NCBI RefSeq assembly: GCF_006345805.1
Contig: NC_043001.1
Location: forward strand, 96,410,001-96,474,000
DNA length: 64,000 bases
Direction: 5' to 3'
DNA from: Octopus sinensis
Lineage: Eukaryota
Positions 53,135 to 64,000 of the stretch are shown piece by piece. Each line of letters begins with the position of its first letter. Position 1 is the first letter of the stretch. A program made the translations under genes and the position numbers. The notes under the pieces were generated by a model that was not told where the DNA came from, did no database searches, and worked only from the letters and a program-made list of their open reading frames with translations.

Positions 53135-53981
53135 AGATAAATCAAAATGCTGATGTAGACCAAGAAAGAACCCATCAGTGGCTGAGAAGTTCAGAATTGA
53201 AAGCGGAGACTGAAGGCTTCACACTAGTGGCACAAGATCAAATTACCATTCTAACGTTCTTCAAAACTGTTCTGACCCTAAACGTTGATTCTGTGACACA
53301 TTTGAGGAAACAAAGGACTGTCCTGTTTCGGGATGTCTTGTGCTGACACCAAACGAATACAAAAGTCGCCACGATAGAGTACGACAGTATTTTCATTGGA
53401 AAATATATAAACACTCTAAAACCAGCACTTCTACTAATTGGTATGGACATCATATTGAGCCAGCCGTTCAAGGTAAAAAGAGTCACTACCCTCTGGTATT
53501 TTCCAGTCAACACTGACAGAACTATCCAGGCTAATCGACCACACATAATTATTAAAGACCGGGAGGAAAATACTTGAAGACTAATAGATGTAAGTGTTCC
53601 CAAAGATAAAAATATATCTGTAACTTGGAAATTGAAATACTAAAGATGGGGCATCTAAAAACTAAAGTTGCTTCTGTTATTGTAGTTGCCCTAGGTATGA
53701 TAAAAAGGAGATGTCAGAAACATCTAGGGTACATTCCCAGGAGAACCAGGTCTCAGAGAAATCCAAAAGATTGTACTGACAAGTACTACCCACATGCTTA
53801 GAGAAATCTCGTCAATTTAAATGTTTGTGTTGTATTAGATGGAGGTATTTCGTTACGGTCTTACCCATTTCCACACCACCCAAGCTTTCAGTCATACTGT
53901 AACATCTCTTACCATTCACTTGCTCTAAAAGGCTTGGAGCGTCTCGGCAAGTGATTGCAACAAACGTGTAGAATAAAAGTA
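53135..53981 (+). mobile_element. R4/Dong-clade LINE 3' fragment (different subfamily) with (AAT)n tail
   Basis: QWLRSSELKAETEGF..AQDQ, NEYKSRHDRV..YFHW, TDRTIQANRPHII, LIDVSVP, IQKIVLTSTTHMLR; tail (AAT)n to ~54015. Confidence 0.8.
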
Positions 53982-54016
<35 letters not shown>

Positions 54017-54178
54017 GAATTTGTATATATATGTGTGTACAAAGTATTGGGGTTTAGTTCACAGGTGATCTACACGACTAGGTACGCTAGGTAAGCGCTG
54101 AAACGGATTACTGGGGCTCCAAGATTATAGCCAAGATGGTAGTCATGGAGCCTTTGCGGATTTCCAATGCAGCGGATT

Positions 54179-54328
54179 TATAATTGTTAAACAGGACGTC
54201 AAACATTAAGGCAAGGCAAACATCTCAAGTCATATACAATATTATTACAGGAAGAAATTCTTCCTATAATAATATTGTATTTGACTTCAGATGTTTGCCT
54301 TGCTTTAAAGTTTAACGTCCTGTTTAAC

Positions 54329-54335
<7 letters not shown>
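54179..54335. mobile_element. 157-bp fold-back palindrome (MITE-like, TA-flanked)
   Basis: 78-bp arms with 6 mismatches, 1-nt loop at 54257 (AGGAAGAA-A-TTCTTCCT). Confidence 0.85.
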
Positions 54336-54373
<38 letters not shown>

Positions 54374-54533
54374 AGTGTGTATATATGTATGTATATGTGT
54401 GTGTATGTATATATAATATTATTGTTATTTTTTCCCATTCGTAATTAAAACAGAACAAGATGAGTTGGCCCTTCTCCAAGGCCAAGGTTAGCCTGATGAC
54501 CGCAAGGGTGATAACGCTACTTTTGCTACTGCG

Positions 54534-54588
<55 letters not shown>

Positions 54589-54683
54589 ATACTAATACTA
54601 ACAACAACAACAACAACAACAACAGTAATAATAATAGTAATAATAATAATAATCAGAAGTCATGAGAGCCACTGTCTGGTACG

Positions 54684-55229
54684 GCCCCGATGCAGTACCA
54701 GACACTGGCTCTCATGGCTTTTGATCTTAACTGATTGGAAGTGTTATCATGTACATTGTATTGTCTTCGTATAAAAGATAGATGGGCTACAGCAAATATT
54801 CTGCTCAATACCACAGATTTGCTTGTTGATTGTATGACCTCAACCAGTTGAGCATGTCCCTTAGTGGCTGACGATATGTGCATCTCTGATCACGAGCAGA
54901 AGTAGTGGGGGAGCATCATAGCCGTGTGTTGAGAGGGATTCTTTGGGGTTTGAATAATTCACCTCTGGAAACATGGGTGTTTCGTTCAACATCCGTAAAC
55001 ATTCCCTTTTGAACGGGATGGGTTACTCGCCCAGAAGAAAATTCTAGCTGGGCTCCACCTGCAAAGTCATGTGCTGTTTATCTTGATATGAGATCACCAT
55101 GTCGCGCACATATGGTTGCGATGCACGTGCTTGGTGTACACTTATCAGACGGGTAGTCATGATGGGTAAACTGGACTTCGTATATTTTATCCCAGTGTCA
55201 CTTTGATGGCATGAACTGCTCTCTCACTC
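54684..55229 (+). mobile_element. Element X, near full length, preceded by an inverted copy of its own 5' end
   Basis: Homologous to 7942-8463; flanked by (AAT)n/(AAC)n on both sides. Confidence 0.85.
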
Positions 55230-55295
55230 AATAATAATAATAACAACAACAACAACGACAACTTCACCACCACCACCACCACCACCACCACCACC

Positions 55296-55333
<38 letters not shown>

Positions 55334-56138
55334 AATAATAATAATCCTCTTGGGTCTGAAATTTTGTGGGAGGAATGTTATCGATCACAGCGTTCCCAGT
55401 GCACAACTGTACTTCTTCGACCACGAAAGGCTTAAAAGAAAAGTCTACCTCGGCGGAATTTCAACTCAGAACGTAAAAACGGACAGAATGCCACTAAGCC
55501 TTAATGACTGGCGCGCTAATAACTCTACTAGCTCGGTGCGTTAAGTGTTATCGTACACAAAACAAAATATCCCATTGCGTCAGTAAGAACAGAAATAAAA
55601 ATCCACCCGGAGTTTGTTATACTTTAGAGAAAATTGGAAGTAATGCTTCGTTATTGACTAATACTTTTTCTCGTAACTGTATTTCTGTAAAATGTATTTC
55701 GATATATCTCTTCGCTAAATATAAAGATTCAAGTGAACAGGGGTGTCGCGTCATTTGCATTGGGGTGAACGAAGTTAGACGTGACTGACAAGATGCCATC
55801 GGAGATAAAGGAGAGAGATAGTGAAGGTCACCGCTCTTAAAGTAACACAAGAATTGTTGGAAAATAATGACACTCACACAGACACTGTATGTATGTATGT
55901 ATGTATGTATGTATGTATGTATGTATGTATGTATGTATGTACGTATGTATTTATGTATGTGTGTACAGCTAATACATTTTTATATTTATGTATTTAATTA
56001 AATTTTCTCTTTTATACACATTGATACACACACGCACACATTTACAAATGTATATTATCGTATGTATGTATGTATGTATGTAATTGTGTATATATATATA
56101 TATGTATATATATGCATATATATATATATTTATATATG

Positions 56139-56169
<31 letters not shown>

Positions 56170-56589
56170 TTATATATGTATATATATATATATGTATATA
56201 CATGAATGTGTAAGTATACATACTTATATAATAGGGTATATTTGTATGCGGGTATGCTTGTGGGTATGTGTGCATGCACACGCTCTTGTGGCAATGTGTG
56301 TGTGTGTTAGTTATATTGGAGCTACATCTGCCCGAGTTTAACTTTTCTGACTTAGCGACACCAATTACAAAGTTGTAGATTGATTTGATGTTGTGCACTG
56401 ATATATTTACATACACATAGATATATACACCCCAGTCATCCATTCATTTAGAGATACGTATTTATAGATTTTCAAATATACGCCTTCTTATATACGTACA
56501 TGCATATATATACATACATAGTTACATACGAACATACAAATGAATATACATGCATACATGCATATATACGTGTGTATGGAAATATGTAC

Positions 56590-56757
<168 letters not shown>

Positions 56758-56769
56758 GTATATATATAT

Positions 56770-57213
56770 GAGTGCTGTGTGGTAAGTAGCTTGCTTACCA
56801 ACTACATGATTCCGGGTTGAGTCCCACTGCGTGGCACCTTGGGCAAGTGTCTTCTACTATAGACTCGAGCCGACCAAAGCCTTGTGAGTGAATTTGATAG
56901 ATGGAAGCTGAAAGAAGCCCGTCGTATATATGTATATATATATATTATATATAATATATATATATATGTGTGTGCGTGCGTGTTTTGTGTGTATACGTTT
57001 GTGTGTCTGTGTTTGTCTCCCCAACATCGCTTGACAACCGATGCTGGTGTGTTTACGTCCCCGTAACCTAGCGGTTCGGCTAAAGAGACAGATAGAATGA
57101 GTACTAGGCTAACAAAGAATACGTCCTGGGGTCGATTTGCTCGAATAAAGGTGGTGCTCCAGCATGGCCACAGTCAAATGACTGAAACAAATAAAAGAGT
57201 AAGAGTAAAAGAG
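56770..57213 (+). mobile_element. SINE family A copy
   Basis: Family A head, body and tail motifs. Confidence 0.85.
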
Positions 57214-57240
57214 TATATATATATATATATATATATCGAC

Positions 57241-57575
57241 GTGGCACTCCGTCAGTTACGACGACGAGGGTTCCAGTTGATCCATTCGACGGAACAGCCC
57301 GCTCGAGAAATTAACGTGCAAGTGGCTGAGCATTCCAAAAGATACGTGTACCCTTTACGTAGTTCTCGGGTATATTCATCGTGATAGAGTGTGTTACAAG
57401 GTACAACAGAAACAGGTAGAAAGAGAGAGAAAGTTGTGATGAAAGAGTATTGCCGGAGCCTCGTGGAGCTTTAGGTATTCTCGCTCAATAAACAATCACT
57501 ATGCCTGCTCTTGGTATCGAAACTGCGATCCTACAACCGCGAGTCCACTGTCCCAACCACTGGGCCATTGCACCT

Positions 57576-57579
<4 letters not shown>
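57241..57579 (-). mobile_element. SINE family B copy
   Basis: Reverse-complement homolog of 40515-40883. Confidence 0.8.
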
Positions 57580-57655
<76 letters not shown>

Positions 57656-57859
57656 TACACACACATACACACACTCACACGCATATACATACAAACACAC
57701 GTATAAAAAAATATATTTGCATGCATATTTGTACATTCCTATCTATCCATCTCTCTATCTATCTATCGATATAAAAGAGGGAGAGAGAGAGAGAGAAAGA
57801 GAAATAGAATGTGAAACAAAAGTTGAATAAGAAATGGCATACAAGCATTTATATGCTCA

Positions 57860-58230
57860 CTAGCAGTATCGCCCGGTGTTGCTCGGGTTTGTAAGGGAAA
57901 TAACTATAAAGCATTTTTAGAGAGTTATAGCCAAAAAATGGAAAAAAAATGATGTTAATTTTTTTTTTAGTTAAAAAGGTCGAGTTGCGTCCCCTAGACA
58001 GTCTGTGGTTTGTGTTTCTGATTCTCGACCCCATGTCGAATTTATCGATTTTTTTCAGAACTGGGGGAACTTTTCAAAATTTTCACTGCGTTAGTTTTGA
58101 ATTATGACATTGGGCTATGTGTGTGTCAAGTTTCATCAGAATCGGTTGAAAGCCGTGGTCAGGGTGAGGGTACAACCTGACAGACACACAGAAACACACA
58201 CAGACAAACTGCCGTTTATATATAGAGAGA
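57860..58230 (-). mobile_element. Non-autonomous Helitron (371 bp)
   Basis: Minus strand starts TC (TCTCTCTATATATAAACGGCAG), ends with hairpin CCCGAGCAACACCGGG then CTAG, and is inserted between A and T with no TSD. Confidence 0.85.
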
Positions 58231-58629
58231 TACATGAACGCACACACATATACGCATATAAGCATACATATATTTTAATAATTATGGGCTCGCTTTTACA
58301 CGAAGATGCACTAAAACAGAAGTATAAATGGGGGCTTATTTGCATATGTTAGGCGTACTACGCAAGTACAAATACAGCGGCAGCGAACCACATACACACA
58401 AAAGCGAAAATATGTGAAAGTAAATGTGCATACAGGCATGCGTACATACATGCATAAACACGCATATATACAGATATATATTAAAATTCTTGATACAGAC
58501 ATGGTTAACTGTAAGACGACGAAAAGCTCTTGTGTAGGCGCTTTCGCTAATTTCAGGTTTTCAGATACACATCTTGTAATGCAATCCGTACGGAAATTAT
58601 TGGTTTTAGTAGCAGTTTTCACTATTTCT

Positions 58630-60440
58630 GGTTTAGTTTTGGATTTAGAATGTATAAAAAAATTCAGTTATAATCCAGAAGAAGGGATTACCTTCTCTGC
58701 ATATTTCCAAAGCTACGAAGAAATCTTCAAAGAAGAATGTAAGAATTGGTCTGACGAGAAAAAAGTACGACTACTTTTAAGGAAGTTATTCCATGCCGAA
58801 CACGAAACATATAATGATTATATTCTACCGAAGAAAACAGGTGAGATTTGTTTCGATGAAACAATTACTATTCTATAGAAAATTGTCAGTGAAAGAAGTT
58901 CCCTGTTCAATGGCAATGTTTATATTTGGTAAAAGAAAGATGATGAAGATTTCGTCACCTATGCTGGAATTCTTAACTGCGAGTGTGAAAAATTCAAATT
59001 AAATGAATTAACTCCTGACATGTTCAAATGTCTAACTTTTGTTCAAGGGTTTCCTGCAAGCAAAAAATGCAGATGTACGTTCCTAGATATTAACAAAATT
59101 AGATCAGGACCAAAATTTAACGCTACAGGCAGTAGCAGAAGGATTATAAATCTAAGACATGGCGCAAATAAATTTGAAGAAAAAGATTGCTCTCATATCC
59201 ATGCGTGTCTACCGGTAATGGATATGAAAAAAAGAGAAATATGTTATGGGTGCAGTCGCCTACATTTTAATAGTAACTGTCCGTTTAAAAATATAAAATG
59301 TCACAAGGATGATAAGATAGGTCATAAAATATCACATGGAAAGCAAATCATAAAAAAAAAACGGTTAAATACCAAAAATCACGTATACAGGTTATCAGTA
59401 ACAAGAAATACGAACGAGACTAAAAGAAAATTTGTGTATGTAAATGTTAATAGCACAAACGTAAAGTTACAACTGGATACGGGTAGTGATATCTCGACAA
59501 TTAATACAGATACATGGAAATAAATCGGGAGACTTAGATTAAGAGAAACTTCGAAAATTTCGTGTAGTGTTTCAGGAAAAATATTACATTTTAAGGGCGA
59601 ATTGTTAGATGACATTACATTTCGTGGAAAAACATCAAAAGCTAAAGTTTTTGTGTTGAATGATACGACAAATTTATTTGGAAGAGACTGGGTGAGATTA
59701 TTTAACTTACGGGACATCCATAAAAATCTTCGTAAAAATGTAAATAGTTTTCCCGCCAGTACAAATAAATCGTCAGACGAATTGAAGAAAACCTAAGATT
59801 TTTCCTGAAGTTCTGTCTGATGAATTAGGTTTGTGCATCAAAACGAAGGCGAGGTTTTAAATAAAAGAAAACGCCATACCGACATTTAAACAAAACTGAG
59901 CAGTAGCTTTTGCAGTGTTAGAACAGGTGAACTTAGAGTTTATCTGTTAGAGTTAGAGAGACTAGGAAAAACTGGAGTTATCCAAAAAGTGGAATACAGT
60001 CAATGGGCATGTTAAGAAACAGAGTCTGATGTGAAAAAGAATAATAAAATCAGATTTTTCCACTGGTTTAAACGAATGTCTTAAAATGTTTCACTATCCG
60101 CTAACTACCCCGGAGGTTATATATGCAAAATTAATCGGTGGAATATTTTCTAAATTGGATCTCTCTGACGCGTACCTATAAATTAGAGTAGAGAATGAAT
60201 GCTCGAAATACCTAACAGGCAACACACATAAAGAACTGTATAAATATAACTGGTTACCTTTTGGGGTAAAAATCGCATCAGCGATTTTTCAGCAGATCAT
60301 GGATGCAATGTTAGCAGACTGTGAATCTGCAATTCCAATCCTGGGGCCAACACGTAGAGCACGTGAAATATGTGTTCGGAAAAATTAGGGATTACGGCTT
60401 TACTTTGAGTGAAGGAAAGTGTGAACTTACTGACAATAAG
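58630..60440 (+). mobile_element. Ty3/Gypsy LTR retrotransposon internal remnant (gag, protease, partial RT)
   Basis: gag FSYNPEEGITFSAYF...KKVRLLLRKL; knuckle-like CYGCSRLHFNSNCP; protease LDTGS (DTG 59476-59484); RT FSKLDLSDAY and LPFGVKIASAIFQQIMD. The YxDD segment is deleted; no LTR pair found. Confidence 0.85.
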
Positions 60441-61533
60441 GTGTCCTGCTCCAGAATACAACACGCAGCCCGGTCCTGGGTTCGAACTCACAACCTCACG
60501 ATCATAAGCTCGACGCTCTAACCACTGAGCCATGCACCTTCACACACACACACACACCACACACACACACACCACACACACACATATATATATATATATA
60601 CATACATATATTTATATATTACATACACATACTGAAATATATATTTCATATAATGCGTCATTTGAATATATGCATTATAGTGTAATACGTATACATATAA
60701 AATATTGCATATAGTATGTGTATTTTTTATATACATTTAACCACACATACCCGCAGAGACAAATATTGGTGTACATACGCGACACATGCATAAACACACA
60801 CTTGCACGCAGACACGCACACCACATACACAGCATACACATGCATACATACACACACACAAATAGAGATTGAAAAGAGAAGAGAACGAGAGAGAGAGAGA
60901 GAGAGAGAGAGCGTGAAAGAGAAAGAGAGAGTGGGGATTTATAGAGAAAGAGAGAGAATGAGGAGTGATAAAGAAAGAGAGATATTGTAGAATATAAGCA
61001 GAAGTCTTTTATATTGACCAGTCTAGAAGGGAGAACTATGTCTGCCGTATTTTATCGAGGTTTACCTCAGGCGAGTGAAATGATAGTACTCTGCAAAAAA
61101 CAATTAATGAAATCAATGTCGAAACATCTGCAGCTTTCATGAAGTTAGCCGTGCACAACTGATATATCTAATACAAAGTTCAGTATATTTGCTTTTGACT
61201 TCCCTAGAGACGGTGCTATTATCGACTGGGTTGATACTGGTATCCGGAAGGCAACGTTCAGAATTGAAGAAATGTTAAAAGAAAGTAAAAAAAAAAGGAA
61301 GGAAGGAAAATATAATCAAATCGTTGCCTAACGAACAAGGGAATATATAACAACGTTAGTAATTTAGTATAAAGTATATAAACTACAAGAGAGTGTGTGC
61401 ACCTTGCAGTTAGAAAAGTTGACGAAGTAGTCGAGAAACACCAAGTGAGACTGAGAAGCCGGAAGTTCGTAGCTTGTCGTTGCCCCTGCTTTGTGTCACC
61501 GGTCACGTGTTTAACTCAGACGTCCAGAAATCT

Positions 61534-61950
61534 ATTTCTTTACTACCCACAAGGGTCTAAACATAGTGGGGACAAACAAGGACAGACAAACGGATTAAGT
61601 CGATTAAATCGACCCCAGTATGTAACTGGTACTTAATTTATCGACCCCGAAAAGATGAAAGGCAAAGTCGACCTCAGCGGAATTTGAACTTACAACGTAA
61701 CGGCAGACGAAATACCTATTTCTTTACTACCCACAAGGGGCTAAACACAGAGGGAACAAACAAGGACAGACAAACGGATTAAGTCGATTATATCGACCCC
61801 AGTGCGTAACTGGTACTTAATTTATCGACCCCGAAAGGATGAAAGGCAAAGTCGACCTCGGCGGAATTTGAACTCAGAAAGTAACGGCAGACGAAATACC
61901 GCTTAGCATTTCGCCCGGCGTGCTAACGTTTCTGCCAGCTCACTGCCTTA
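61534..61950 (-). mobile_element. Two tandem SINE family C copies with Tx1-like tail (one lacking its head)
   Basis: TATTTCTTTACTACCCACAAGGG.CTAAACA...GACGAAATACC repeated at ~61534 and ~61718. Confidence 0.85.
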
Positions 61951-62206
61951 TTAATTAAGAAATATTTTTTTAAATGTTAATAAAACAAGGTCATGTACCG
62001 CTGAAGAAAGTAGGGTTCCACGATAAGCATTTCTTTCGACTTTTGATTTTGCTGGCGGGAAACGCTTTTTTCCGTTTATATTTACTTTGTACGATATTGT
62101 ATAAAAGGAACTGCTATAGAGCAGAGAAAAAGTTGAATGAAACAGAGCTTGAAGCAGAAGAAGCTAGAGAGAACGAGAGACAGGTAGCTAGAAAGCCAAA
62201 GAGAGA

Positions 62207-64000
<1,794 letters not shown>

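Noticed and set aside
58270-58620. Candidate LTR/PBS upstream of the Gypsy gag
   Set aside because: No second LTR copy and no convincing tRNA-complementary PBS in the window.

Overview
Eukaryotic, AT-rich, microsatellite-saturated non-genic DNA. The SINE and LINE families look like those of a coleoid cephalopod, most likely Octopus (inferred from recalled repeat families, not verified). I found no host protein-coding exon, tRNA, rRNA or CRISPR array; nearly all short ORFs in the track are microsatellite translations. Main observation: three Tx1/L1-clade non-LTR retrotransposons (15357-21255 near full length, 25660-29405, 36751-39879) from two diverged families. All lie in the same orientation inside (TATC)n/(GATA)n arrays, with the same repeat phase at the 5' and 3' junctions and no poly(A) tail, which points to a (GATA)n-specific retrotransposon. 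One abundant SINE family ends in the same ~45 nt as these Tx1 elements. A second system comprises R4/Dong-like RLE LINE fragments and a ~550-bp non-coding element stacked in (AAT)n arrays. Also present: many tRNA-head SINEs, an RTE stub, a Penelope-like RT fragment, a decayed Ty3/Gypsy, a Tigger/pogo remnant, two Tc1/mariner MITEs, a non-autonomous Helitron, three long fold-back palindromes and several tandem duplications. All identities were estimated by eye.
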